Origin: Dendrobates tinctorius | Taxonomy: Eukaryota | Length of the DNA: 64,000 nucleotides | Direction of reading: 5' to 3' | Assembly: GCF_039654945.1 (NCBI RefSeq) | Contig: NW_027361797.1 | Coordinates: 20,026,001-20,090,000 of the forward strand | In this document: piece by piece, positions 12,481-25,104 of the stretch | How positions within the stretch are numbered: position 1 is the stretch's first letter | How the letters are laid out: the number at the start of each line of letters is the position of its first letter | Position numbers and translations under genes: made by a program | The notes under the pieces: generated by a model | Told to the model about the DNA's origin: nothing | The model's database searches: none | The model's input: only the letters and a program-made list of their open reading frames with translations

Positions 12481-13632
12481 ATGGTGGCTCAGTAGGTTGA
12501 ACTGTTGATGTGCAACTTTGGGTTCTGGGTTCAATTCCCAGTAAGGGATTGACTGTGAGAGATAGAGGTTTATCTAGAGGATATGATGTCAGACATTGAA
12601 GGTGTGGCACATAGAACCCACGGTGCACTGCTTTAGTGCCTTTGACAATACCTTTGAGTCATGCAGCACTCTACCGACAAGACTAGGATATCTCCCTGGT
12701 ACCTGGGTGACCCTTAAATATTTTTTGTCCCAACAATTAACTTTTCAATTTTCGAATATATTCCCATATTCCCCTGATGAGTCCTCTATAATCAGTGGAT
12801 GAAATGCGTCTGGGGGAGCATAATATAAATTTGAAGACAAAAAAAGGATAGTCAGCTCACCTATGTATGGGCTTTTTCTCATCTGTTCCTGACGGATGAA
12901 GGTTGAGCAGCCAATTCAGCAATGCGGAAGAAAAAGATGATGAATCCAGCAGGAACAATAAGTGGTTAAAAATGTTCAATTTTTATTCATCCATATGAAA
13001 AATATTATCCTTTATGGCAAACCACGCAAAAAATATTTTTAGATTACAGCATAGTGCACATATGGCAGTGTTTTATATTTATATTTTCGAATATATTCCC
13101 ATATTCCCCTGATGAGTCCACTATGACAGGTGGATGAAATGCGTCGGGAGGGAACTTAGGGACTATATATAGGACAGGTTAACACTTGGGGACTGTCCTT
13201 GTTAGGACAGAATAAAAGCATGGGGCACGACAGGGTAGTTTTGCAGTACCATATACCCTGCCCTGGTCTCCTAAAACTAAGGATGGCTTGCTCTCAACAC
13301 CTAAGGGGTAAGACTGAACCTGTTTTCAAACATGCACTGGAGATATCTTAAGCACTTTTCTATTTTGTGTTATATTTGTGGTTCATTTTATGTATCCCAG
13401 TTTTTAGACAGATATATTAAAAGTTGGGTTTTATAATTTCTATTATCTATCTTTGCTGCCATTATCTAACTGATCGGATTTCTCTGCTTGAGCACTTCAA
13501 TTCCCAGTAAGGACAACATCTGAAGGAGTTTGCATGGGCTTTGTCCAGGTACTTTGGTTTCCTCCCACACTCCAAAGTCATACTGATAGGGATTTTAGAT
13601 TGTGAACCTGAATAGGGACAGTGAAGGTAATT
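12481..13632 (+). mobile_element. V-SINE split by a Penelope-like insertion
   Basis: 5' half with A box and B box GGTTCAATTCC to 12546; body resumes at 13496; 17-bp duplication TTCAATTCCCAGTAAGG (12530-12546, 13496-13512). Confidence 0.85.
12547..13495 (+). mobile_element. Penelope-like non-coding insertion with two minimal hammerhead motifs
   Basis: CTGATGA-stem II-GAAATGCGTC at 12774-12810 and 13109-13145; flanked by the 17-bp TSD. Confidence 0.7.
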
Positions 13633-14365
13633 AACAATGAGTATATCGGAAAAGATTTAAAGTTGTTGGATTTAACGAGAAAAATCAATTTGCACACTGA
13701 ACAGTGAGGCCCATGTCCTTCTCTGTCCTTACCTACATTGAGGTTGGCTGACAACAAGTAAGGTTTTAATACTAGAGACAGGATAGGATTCTCCTAATTG
13801 GGTCACCTTGTCGTGGTGGGATGGATTTTACACTTTTTTTTAACTAAAATAGTGTTACCAAGTACCCTATGTTATGTGCCTGTATTATTCCTATTTACTG
13901 AGTTATTTACTCTCTAAAGGCTATATGCTCATTTTGTTTTGTTTTTTTCAGTTTCATTTTTACCATCAATGTGTCATTAGTGTTTTTCATCAGTGTTTTG
14001 TCGATGTGTCCATTTCTACCATCAGTTTTCCATCTGTGTTTTTCAAGGTTGGATAAAGACATAAATAAATTACACAGTTTCTTTTATACTTTGCAATGTT
14101 AAACACATACAGCACAATGACACACAAATGCCATCCGTATGCTGTACGTGTATTTCATAGATCTATGGATTTGCATTGGCTCTTGTCATCTATACTTCCA
14201 GAAAAGAACAGACATGTCAATAGCTCCATAGATTATAATGAGTGTGTGTTTATCTGTGTAAAAAACAAAGGCAAACCAAATGTTTGAATAAGGCCTTATG
14301 CAAAGGACAATTCCTTTATAAATGGATGCAAATGAATTTACTAAAAGGATCCTATTTACTAAAAT

Positions 14366-16190
14366 TCATAGAATCATGGTATGTTAGATTTGGAATTGGA
14401 CCTCCAGGGTCATTATGTCCAACCACTGCTCAATGCAGGATTCACTAAACCATCTCAGATAGATGTCTGTCCAGCCTCTGTTTGAAGACTTCCATTGAAG
14501 GAGAACTCACCACCTCTCGTGGCAGCCTGTTCCATTCATTGATCACACTCACTGTCAAAAAGTTTTTTGTAATATCTCATCTGTATCTTCTCCCTTCAGT
14601 TTCATTCCATTTTGTATTATGTTTCCATGTTCAGATGAGAATAAGGATGATCCCTCTGTTACATCCCTTCAGATATTTGTAGACAGCTAATAAGTTGCCT
14701 CTTAGTCTTCTTTTTTGCAAGCTAAACAATCCCAGATCCTTTAACCGTTCCTCGTAGGCCATACTTTTCAGTCCGCTTACCATCTTCGTAGCTCTTCTCT
14801 GAACTTGCTCCACTTTTCCAATGTCTTATTTTTTTAAATGTGGTGCCCAGAGCTGGACACAGTATTAAAGAAGAGACATGACCAAGAAGGAGAAGAGGAT
14901 GATAAATACATCACCTGATTCAGACACTATGCTTCTCTTAATACATCCAAGAACTGTGTTTGCCTTTTTTGCTGCTGCATCACACTGTTGACTCATGTGC
15001 AGTCTGTGATCTATTAGCATACCCAAGTATTTTTCATATGTGCTGTTGCTTAGTTCCATTTATCCTATTCCGTAGTTATAATTTTCACTTTTCTTGCCCA
15101 GAGGAAGAATGTAGTATTTCTCCCTGTTAAAGACCATTCTATTAGTCGCTGCCCATTGTTCAAGCTTTTCTAGATCCTTCTGAATCCTTTCTCTGCCTTC
15201 TCTAGTGTTAGCTATCCCTCATAGATTTGCATTGTTTGCAAATTTGATTATTTTACCTTCAGTTCCCTTATCTAGATCATTTATAAAAATCTTGAACAAC
15301 ACTGGTGCCAGGAGAGAGCCTTGTGGTACCGCACTTGAAACACTCTTCCAATGAGATGTGCAACCATTTATTACCACTCTGTGAGCATGATCACTGAGCC
15401 AGTTATGATTTCACCTAATCGTAGACTTGTCAATCCCATACTTGGTCATTTTTTCAAAATGGATAGTATGAGATACTTTATCAACTGCTTTGCTGAAGTC
15501 AAAATATACTATATCTACTACATTTCCCTGATCCACCCAGTCAGTGATTCTATCATAGAAGAAAATTAGAAAGGTCTCGCATGACTTGTTTGCTACAAAC
15601 CCATGCTGGCTCTGGTTAATTGTTGTATTTGTATCCAAGTACTTAAATACATGCTGTATAATAATTTGTTCAAAGACCTTTTCTGGTATAGAAGTAAGGT
15701 TAACTGGCCTGTAATTCCCTGGCTCCATCTGCTTTCCTTTTTGAAGATAGGGACAACATTTGCCCTTCTCCAATCTTTTGGGACTTTTCCTGTTCTCCAG
15801 GATTTTTTAAAGATTCTGGTTATTGGTTCTGCAATTTTCTCCACTAACTCTTTCAGTACCCTAGGATGTAATTAATATGTAACAGGAAATTTACATTCAT
15901 TTATATTTGTTAAGTGTTCCCTCACCATCTCTCTGTTTATATATAGTGGGCATTATTTTATTCCTTTGATGGTACCGTGAAGATCAGTTGATGTTACATT
16001 TGTTTTCTTAGAGAACACAGATGCAAAATAGGAATTTAAGAGTTTGGCCTTCCTAAGATCATGTTTGACCACTTCACCCTTTTCATCCTGTCAAAATCCT
16101 ATAACATGCCTGACTTTTCTTTTGCTTTTGACATACCCCCAAAATCCTTTTTTTACTGTTTCTTGTCTCCCTTTCAAGCCTGATTTCCAT
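14366..16190 (-). mobile_element. CR1 LINE, 5'-truncated RT pseudogene
   Basis: [62 protein letters not shown]; 3' end ATGATTCTATGA on the minus strand; multiple frameshifts. Confidence 0.95.
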
Positions 16191-16345
16191 CTGATTTCCA
16201 TTATAGTATCAATTATATTAGCAGAAAAAATAACGTCATTAAATTAAATTGTTCTAAGAAACAGCAATAATCATAAGTCACATGCAGATATAAACTTACA
16301 ACCAAATAAACAACACGTTTTGAGAAATTTAACGGTTTTTTATTA

Positions 16346-18760
16346 CACTGGGGAACACAATTTTTATTGCTTAGATCTGACACTTGTTGTTGACTTTCTT
16401 TTGACTTCTGAATTCAAAAGTGACGTCAGTCAAATTTTTAACCCATTGGATACCCTTCTTTTTGTCTCTAAAACTGTAGAAAATGTACATACAGTGGAAA
16501 GTAAAGAAACTAATTACCTAAATGTAATGTATTTAAAGCTATCTTGTCCATACAAAGGGTATATTGTTACTGTAAGTCAAATAAGTCAAATTGTGTGCAA
16601 GTAGTAAAGTTAGCTAGCAGTTAAGGTAAAAATTTACAATTATAGCTTTTTCTAGAGTGTTCAATTTGTTGACAATCTTGCCTGATGCTCCATCAATAGT
16701 CAGCTATCATATGGACATCCCATATACCCTGATACCATCTCTTCATGACCTTAAAGGGAACCTGTCACCCCCCCAGGGCGTTTTTAAGTTAAAGAGCCAC
16801 CTTCAGCAGCACTAAGGCTGCATTCTGTGAAGGTGGCTCTTCTTTTTCTGACCCCTAGCAATGCCGAAATACTGACTTTTATAAATAGGTCCTCTTACCT
16901 GTAACGCGTCCCATAGGTATGGTGTGTCCCTCTGTATCAGCCACATTCCATCCGTCCATCATGCCTGTGTCTTGCATCTGGCCACCGCCTACCATCCGTC
17001 CATCATGCCCCTTATCTTGTGCCTGTGCGCGGCCCACCATCCGTCCATCATGCCCCTTGTCTTGTGCCTGGGCGCCGCCTACCATCTGTCCATCATGCCC
17101 CTTGTCTTGTGCCTGGGTGCCGCCCACCATCCATCCATCATGCCCCTTGTAATGTGCCTGGGCGCCGTGCACCCTCCGTCCATCATGCCCCTTGTCTTGT
17201 GCCTGGGTGCCGCCCACCATCCATCCATCATGCCCCTTGTCTTGTGCCTGGGTGCCGCCCACCATCCATCCATCATGCCCCTTGTCTTGTGCCTGGGTGC
17301 CGCCCACCATCCGTCCATCATGCCCCTTGTCTTGTGCCTGGGCACTGCCCACATTCTGTCCATCATGCCCCTTGTCTTGTGCCTGGGTGCCGCCCACCAT
17401 CCATCCATCATGCCCCTCGTCTTGTACCTGGGTGCCGCCCACCATCCTTCCATCATGCCCCTATGCACCGCCACCTCCTCCTGTTTTGTATGAACTCTTG
17501 TAACAGCGCAGGCGCCGGCATACAAAACAGAATGAGGTGACAGCGCACAGGGGCATGATGGATGGATGGTGGGTGGCACCCAGGCACAAGCCAAGGGACA
17601 TGATGGATGGATAGTGGGTGGCACCCAGGCACAAGACAAGGGGCATGGTGGATGGATGGTGGACGGCGCCCAGGCACAAGACAAGGGGCATGATGGACAG
17701 ATGGTAGGCGGCGCCCAGACTCAAGACAGAGGCATGATGGATGGCTGGGAGGTGGTGGCCAGATGCAAGACACAGGCATGATGGACAGATGGGAGTTGGC
17801 TGATACAGGGGAACACACCATACCTATGGGACACATTACAGGTATGAGGACCTATTTATAAAAGTCAATATTTCGGCGTTACTAGGGGTCAGAAACAGAG
17901 AGCCACCTTCACAGAATGCAGCCTTAGTCCCACTGAAGGTGGCTCTTTAACTTAAAAATGCCCTGGGGGGGTGACAGGTTCCCTTTAAAATCTTGGTGGA
18001 ATCGCTCACCTTGCTCATCACTGACTGCACCAAGGTTTTCAGAGAAGTTAGCAAATGGGTATGCAGAAAAGGATCAAGTTGCAACCAAACATTTTGTAGC
18101 TCTCCAAGAGTTTCTGAACAATTTTGCTGCAATTGTTTGCTAATGTGTTTCCAAGAAAGTCCTTCACAAGATCTTTGAATAATAAACAAGCATTCTTTTT
18201 GAGATCTGACATTGTCCTGATGAAATGTTCATCTTTGATGAGCTGCCATATCTGTGAACCTTAAAACACAGTGGTCTTTATTTTTTCAAATAACAGGCTA
18301 GGAAATGCTGACATGAGGTTCTTGAAATAGTCTCCTTCAGTTGAAAAAGCTTTAACGAATTGTTTCATGATACCAAGTTTTATGTGCAGGGGTGGGAATA
18401 TAATGTTCTTTCTGTCAACAAGTGGATCATGTCGAATGTTTGGATCATCAGGTGTGAGGTCAGATCTTGGAAGCAAATTCCTCTTCATCCAATACTTCTC
18501 ATGAGCTCTGCTGTTGAACTTTTACCGAAAACAAGAATACTTGGTGTATCCATGCTGATGACCAGGAAGTATATCATTTTTAGGTCATCACAGATGATCC
18601 AATTGTGTTTGTGATATTGGAATAACTCAATGACTCTCTTTATGTCTCTGTATTTTTTTCAAAAATGAGAAACTGAATAGCCAATTGTGACTGCACTAAA
18701 TAATTTGCCTTTGTGGAGGAGGACAATCTTTTAGCTCCGCTTTGAGCTATTGATGAACAG
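16346..18760 (-). pseudogene. Tc1/mariner-superfamily (m44-like) transposase remnant split by a T2-MITE
   Basis: HNWIICDDLKM, IIFPPLHIKLGIMKQFVKA, LGAVSDEQGERFHQD/KVMKRWYQGIWDVHMIADY; TA|CACTGGGG terminus at 16346. Family label is from memory. Confidence 0.75.
16755..17984. mobile_element. Kolobok-type T2-MITE with long TIRs and a 45-bp minisatellite
   Basis: TTAA|AGGGAACCTGTCACC...GGTGACAGGTTCCCT|TTAA; arms inverted over more than 200 bp; 45-bp unit about 11 times on the left and about 5 times inverted on the right. Confidence 0.95.
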
Positions 18761-18768
18761 ATGTCCTT

Positions 18769-18935
18769 TAGTGATGAGCAAGTATACTCGTTGCTCGGGT
18801 TTTACCGAGCATGCTCGTGTGTCCTCCAAGTATTTTGGCATGCTCGGAGATTTAGTTTGTGTCGACGCAGCTGCCAGCTGCATGATCTGCAGCTGCTAGA
18901 CAGCCTGAATACATATGGGGATTGCCCATTTGCTA
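18769..18935. mobile_element. hAT-type MITE end fragment
   Basis: TAGTGATGAGC terminus with CCGAGCATGCTCG subterminal palindromes. Confidence 0.55.
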
Positions 18936-19561
18936 TACTGTGCAGATACTAAAGTGCCATAGCCGTAATTATTAAGAAGCGCTATATATAAAGTGTTACA
19001 GTATTTTACATGCGGGAAGAGTTCAAAGGTAACAACTTATCTGTTTAGCTACATGATAATAAAAACCACATATATAAAAAATAAATGATTTTTTATTCAC
19101 CCATCAGCACAAGCATGTATGACAATCTCAGGGGTGCCCCCATATATATCATCCAGAGGCAGCACACAGATTTCCAAGTATATCTTGGCATGTCGCCTTT
19201 AGTTAGTTTTACAGTTCATTCAGAAGTTGTAATAATTTTTACATCTATACCACCTCTATGCATGATGATTATATTCCCCAGTATAAAATCTCCTCTAAAT
19301 AGTAAGTTGTCAAAAGAATATTTTATACATCTGGTAAATTACAGATTGACAATACTGAGTATCAGCAATATCAGCCCTTTGTAACACATATAAGCCCATA
19401 TGTCAGTCAAAAGGCCTCCTACTGATAGAGGCCCAAACTTGGGATGGTTATCAAAAATATGTTGGTAGAATTAACCACATATCAACATTTTATGAGTCTG
19501 TTTCATTAAGTTGACCCTCCCCAAGGTATGTTTAAAATTATTTGGATAGAGCTTCACATAC

Positions 19562-19684
19562 AAACAGCATATGCAGCAAACACCTGTGATGATAAGTAAA
19601 AGGATATCCAGATAAAGGGCATATGCGGTATCAAATATATATATTCCAGAGATTGTACATAGGTTAACGGAAAAATATACATAT
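19562..19684 (-). other. candidate exon encoding a hydrophobic (TM-like) segment
   Basis: tgtattttag|123 nt|gtatgt; open frame YVYFSVNLCTISGIYIFDTAYALYLDILLLIITGVCCICC; non-repetitive context; not recognised. Confidence 0.25.
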
Positions 19685-19722
19685 CTAAAATACAATATCC
19701 AGGAATTACAATATTTCATTAA

Positions 19723-20216
19723 GGCCTGTTTCACACTTCAGTTTTTTTGTGTCAGTTAAAATCCGCCAAAAAGGCGGAAAACGGATCCGTTCCTAACTGA
19801 TGTGAACGGATGCCACCGGATCCGTTATTTTGACGGATCCGCCGAATGAAGAATTTTAAAGGAACCGCTGCCCGGGAAGGAGAGAGAGAGAGAGATATTT
19901 TTTTTTCTCTGTCCGCCAGAAATGATTTCAGGGTTAAATTTCCTCCTGACTTCATTCCTCTGGGCATGCGCTCTATAAAAATGCGGATCCTGCAGTACAA
20001 AAAACGTTACATGGTCCGTCCAGGCATCTCGGTGGACGCAAAAAAATTGACGGATCCGCAAAAAAACGGATCCAACGGATGGCCATCCATAAAGATCTGC
20101 CGGTAATGCAAGTCAATGGGGAAAAAACGGATCCGCCCCAAAAAATGGCGGATCCGTTTTTTTGCAAAAACGGCGGGTTTTGACTGATCGTCAAAAACGG
20201 AAGTGTGAAACAGGCC
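19723..20216 (+). mobile_element. PIF/Harbinger MITE, family B
   Basis: GGCCTGTTTCACACTTC...GAAGTGTGAAACAGGCC; TAA/TTA flanks; many CGGATCCG motifs. Confidence 0.9.
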
Positions 20217-20219
20217 TTA

Positions 20220-20512
20220 GGCCTGTTTTACACTTCCATTTTTGACGATCAGTCAAGTTCCGCCAATTTTGAAAAAAAACGGATCCGCCATTTTTCTTTG
20301 CGGATCCGTTTTTTTCCCCATTGACTTTCATTATTGGCAGATCCTGACTGATTGCCGTCCGTTGCATCCGTTTTTTTGAGGATCCGCCACGATCTTAGTG
20401 TCCGTCACCATCCTCAAAGATCTCCAAACGGAGCTTGCAAGGTTTTTTTTGCCGGCGGATCCTCCAGACACTGAATTAACCCCAAAATCTGTCTGGGTGC
20501 CGGACAAAAAAA

Positions 20513-20553
<41 letters not shown>

Positions 20554-20688
20554 TCCTGGCCAGCGATTCCTTTAAATTTCTAAAAACGGATCCTGTGCCA
20601 TCCGTTCACATCAGTTGACAAAGGATCCGCTTGTCTGCCTTTTTGGCGGATTATAACTGATGCAAATAACTGAAGTGTGAAAGAGGCC
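20220..20688 (-). mobile_element. PIF/Harbinger MITE, family B, inverted second copy
   Basis: TTA|GGCCTGTTTTACAC...GTGTGAAAGAGGCC|TTA; approximate reverse complement of 19723-20216; contains (CT)n at ~20516-20550. Confidence 0.9.
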
Positions 20689-20896
20689 TTAGATGTCATG
20701 TTGGTATCCACAAAAAATATACTACTGCTACAGCAGAATTTGGGCTATAACAGCCAGCAAGTATCTGTATTTGCTTACAGCACACTGATTGTGTGGTTAC
20801 TTTGGGGCTCTAAGTATTTTACTGTATAATACCATGACCCATTGTTTGTCTCTTGATTTCTGTCTGCTTTTTCTCAGACTTTTTAATTGATTTTAA

Positions 20897-23800
20897 CCCC
20901 TTCACTACCAAGGGTGGTTTGCACGTTAACTCCCGGGCCAATTTGTACAATTCTGATCACTGTCCCTTTATGAGGTCATAACTCTGAAACGCTTCCATGG
21001 ATCCCGGTGATTCTGACATTGTTTTCTCATGACATATTGTACTTCATGTTAGTGGTAAAATTTCATTCAAATAACTTGCGTTTATTTGTGAAAAAAATGG
21101 AAATTTGGCAAAAATTTTGAACATTTCGCAATTTTCCAACTTTGAATTTTTATGCCCTTAAATCACAGCTATACGGCACACAGAAAACTTAATAAATAAC
21201 ATTTCCCACATGTTTACTTTACATCAGCACAATTTTGGAACCAAAATTTTTTTGTTAGGAAGTTATAAGGGTTAAAAGTTGACCAGCGATTTCTCATTTT
21301 TACAACACCATTTTATTTTTAGGACCACATCACATTTGAAGCCACTTTGAGGGGTCTATATGATAGAAAATACCCAAAAGTGACACCATTCTAAAAACTG
21401 CAACCCTTAAGGTGCTCAAAACCACATTCAAGAAGTTTATTAACCCTTTAGGTGCGTCACAGGAATTTTTTGAATATTTAAAAAAAAATGAACATTTAAC
21501 TTTTTTTCCACAAAAAAAATACTTCAGGTTCAATTTTCTTTATTTTACCAAGGGTAACAGGAGAAATTGGACTGCAAAAGTTAATGTGCAATTTGTACTG
21601 AGTACGCTGATACCTGATATGTGGGGGGGAACCACTGTTTCGGCGCATGGCAGACCTCAGTAAGGAAGGAGCGCCGTTTGACTTTTTCAATGCAAAATTG
21701 GCTGGAATTCAGATCGGACGCCATGTCGCGTTTGGAGAGCCCCTGATGTACCTAAACAGTGGAAACCCCCCCCCAAGTGACCCCATTTTGGAAACTAGAC
21801 CCCCCAAGGAACTTATCTAGATATGTGGTGAGAACTTTGAACCCACAAGGGCTTCACAGAAGTTTATAACGTACAGCGGTACAATTAAAAAATCATATTT
21901 TTTCCACAAACATCATCTTTTAGTCCCCATTTTTTTATTTTCCCAAGGGTAACAGGAGAAATTGGACCCCAAAAGTTGTTGTTCAATTTGTGGGAGAAAA
22001 CTACTGTATAGGGACACGTCGGGGCTCGGAAGGGAAGTAGTGACGTTTTGGAATGCAGACTTTGATGGAATAGTCTGCGGGTGTCATGTTGCCTTTGGAG
22101 AGCCCCAAATGTACCTAAACAGTGGAAACCCCCACAAATGACCCCATTTTGGAAGCTAGACCCCCTAAGGAACTTATCTACATGTGTGGTGAGCACTTTG
22201 AACCCCCAAGGGCTTCACAGAAGTTTATAATGCCCAGGCATGAAAATAAAAAAATCGTATTTTTTCCACAAACATGATCAATTAGTCTCCAATTTTTTTA
22301 TTTTCCCAAGGGTAACAGGAGAAATTGGACCCCAAAAGTTGTTGTCCAATTTGTCCTGAGTACGCTGATACCCCATATGTGGGAGAAAACTACTGTATGG
22401 GCACACATCGGGGCTCGGAAGGAAAGTAGTGACGTTTTGGAATGCAGACTTTGATGGCATGGTCTACGGGTGTCATGTTGCATTTGGAGAGCCCCTGATG
22501 TACCTAAACAGTGGAAACCCCCACAAGTGACCCCATTTTGGAAATTAGACCCCCTAATGAACTTATCTACATGTGTGGTGAGCACTTTGAACCCCCCAGT
22601 GCTTCACAGAAGTTTATAACGACCGGGCGTGAAAATAAAAATATTGTATTTTTTCAACAAACATCATCTTTTAGTCCCCTTTTTTTTATTTTCCCAAGGG
22701 TAACAGGAGAAATTGGACCCCAAAAGTTGTTGTCCAATTTGTCCTGAGTACGCTGATACCTCATATGTGGGAGAAAACTACTGTATGGGCACACATCGGG
22801 GCTCGGAAGGGAAGTAGTGACGTTTTGGTATGCAGACTTTGATGGATTGGTCTGCGGGTGTCATGTTCGTTTGGAGAGCCCCTAATGTACCTAAACTATT
22901 GAAACTCCCCACAAGTGACCCCATTTTGGAAACTAGACCCCCCACGAAACTTATCTAGATGTGTGGTGAGCACTTTGAACCCCCAAGTTCTTCACAGAAG
23001 TTTATAACGCCTGGGCGTGAAAATAAAAAAATCATTTTTTTCCGCAAAAATGATATTTTTGCCCCCAATTTTTTATTTTCCTAAGGGTAACAGGAGAAAT
23101 TGGACCCCAAAAGTTGTTTTGTAATTTGTCCTGAGTAGGCTGATACCCCATATGTGGGGGTAAAACACTGTTTGGGCGCATGGCAGAGCTTGGAAGGGAA
23201 GGAGCACCATTTGACTTTTTCAACGCAGAATTGGCTGGAATTGAGATCAGACGCCATGTTGCATTTGGAGAGCACCTGATGTTCCCAAACAGTGGAAACC
23301 CCCCAATTATAACTCCAACCCTAACCCCAACACACCCCTAACCCTAATCTGAGCCCTAACCCTAGCCCTAACCCTAACCCTAATGGGAAAATGGAAATAA
23401 ATACATTTTCTTTTAGTTTTATTATTTTTCCCTAACTAAGGGGGTGATAACGGGGGGTTTAATTTACTATTTATGGCGGTTTTTATGTTTGGCGGCTGTC
23501 ACACGCTAAAAGACGCTTTTTATTGTAAAAATAGTTTTTGCATCACCACATATTGAGAGCTATAATTTTTCCGTATTTGACCCACCGAGTCATGTGAGGT
23601 CTTATTTTTTGCGGGACAAGTTGACATTTTCATTGGTACCATTTTTGGGCACGTGACATTTTTTGATCGCTTTTTATTCCGATTTTTGGGACGCAGAATG
23701 AACAAAAACCAGCGTTTCATGAATTTCTTTTGGGGGGGTGCGTTTACACCGTTCTGCGTGTGGTAAAATTGATAAAGCGTTTTTATTCTTCGGGTCAGTA

Positions 23801-24840
23801 CGGTTACAGCGATACCTCATTTAGGTCTTTTTTATGTTTTGTCGGTTTTTTGCAATGAAAACAATTTTATATAAAAAAATAATTATTTTTGTATCGCTTT
23901 ATTCTGCGAGCTATAACTTTTTTATTTTTTTGTGGATGATGCTGTATTGTGGCTCGTTTTTTGCGGGACAAGATGACGTTTTCAGCGGTACCATGGATAT
24001 TTATGTGCATCTTTTTGATCGCGCGTTATTGCACTTTTTGTTCGGTGGTATGATAATAAATCATTATTTTTTGCTTTGTTTTTTATTTTTATTTTTTAAG
24101 GGGTTCGCTAAAGGGGTTAACTAATGGGACAGTCTTATAGGGCGGGTCGCTACGGACGCGGCGATACCAAATATGTGTACTTTTATTGTTTTTTTTTATT
24201 TTGAAAAAATGGATTTATTGGGGAACATTTTTTTTTTTACTAATTTATTTAGCGATTTTTTTAAAATTATTTTTAACACTTTTTTTTTTTTTTTTACTTT
24301 ATTACCTTGTCCCAGGTGGGATATCACTGTCCTGTGACAGATCGCTGATCTGTCACATCACAGATCACTCTGACAGATCAGCAATCTGTCACAGGCAGTT
24401 CTGCAGACTTCCTCATGCCTGCGCTTTGCAGGCACTGAGGAAGCCAGCTCCCTACAGGCCCCCGAAGGCCCCCGTCGCCATCTTGGATCCGGGGGCCTGT
24501 AGGGAAAGAGACCCCCGCAGCAGCGCTGCACATTGCACTGCTGTGGGGGACTCAGGGAAGCACGGAGGGAGCCCCCTCCCTGCCGATGCTTCCCTTTAAC
24601 CCCCGGTACACCGCGATCCCGTTTGATCGCGGTGTACAAGGGGTTAACGTGTCGGGGCGGTCCGTGACAGCCCCTGACACATTGTGCCGGGTGTCAGCTG
24701 TGATAATCAGCTGACACCCGGCTGCGATCAGCGGCGCTCACCACGTGGGCGCCGCTGATCGCTGTGATGTAATATTCCGTTCATGGTAATTAGGTCCAGG
24801 GTCACATGGACGGAATATTACGTCCATTGTAGGTAAGGGG
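20897..24840. mobile_element. large non-autonomous piggyBac-like element with ~388-bp internal tandem repeats
   Basis: TTAA|CCCCTT...AAGGGG|TTAA; AAGGGTAACAGGAGAAATTGGAC recurs at ~21550, 21945, 22308, 22696, 23083; (CCCTAA)n patch at ~23318-23383; no transposase ORF. Confidence 0.9.
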
Positions 24841-25104
24841 TTAAACAAGTGTTTGTTTGTTGTGCTCACTGAAATAAATAAATTTGTTGATTTTGACTAT
24901 ATGACTTGGTGGTGATCCCTATATTTTGGTGCATATACCTTTTTCTTGTGTGTTCCTATGTAAATTTGTATGCATTAGGTGATCCCACCCTAATTAAAAT
25001 TTAGGATGGTGCCCGTTTACCCCATTTCTTGTGAGTCAATAGGATGTTACTACTTGCAGTTTAACAATACTTCCAGTCCAAGCACAGAAGACAAGCAGCT
25101 GTTA

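Noticed and set aside
16879-17836. Long repetitive ORFs (e.g. MVGGTQAQDKGHDG repeats)
   Set aside because: Translations of a 45-bp minisatellite in a MITE; open in most frames on both strands.
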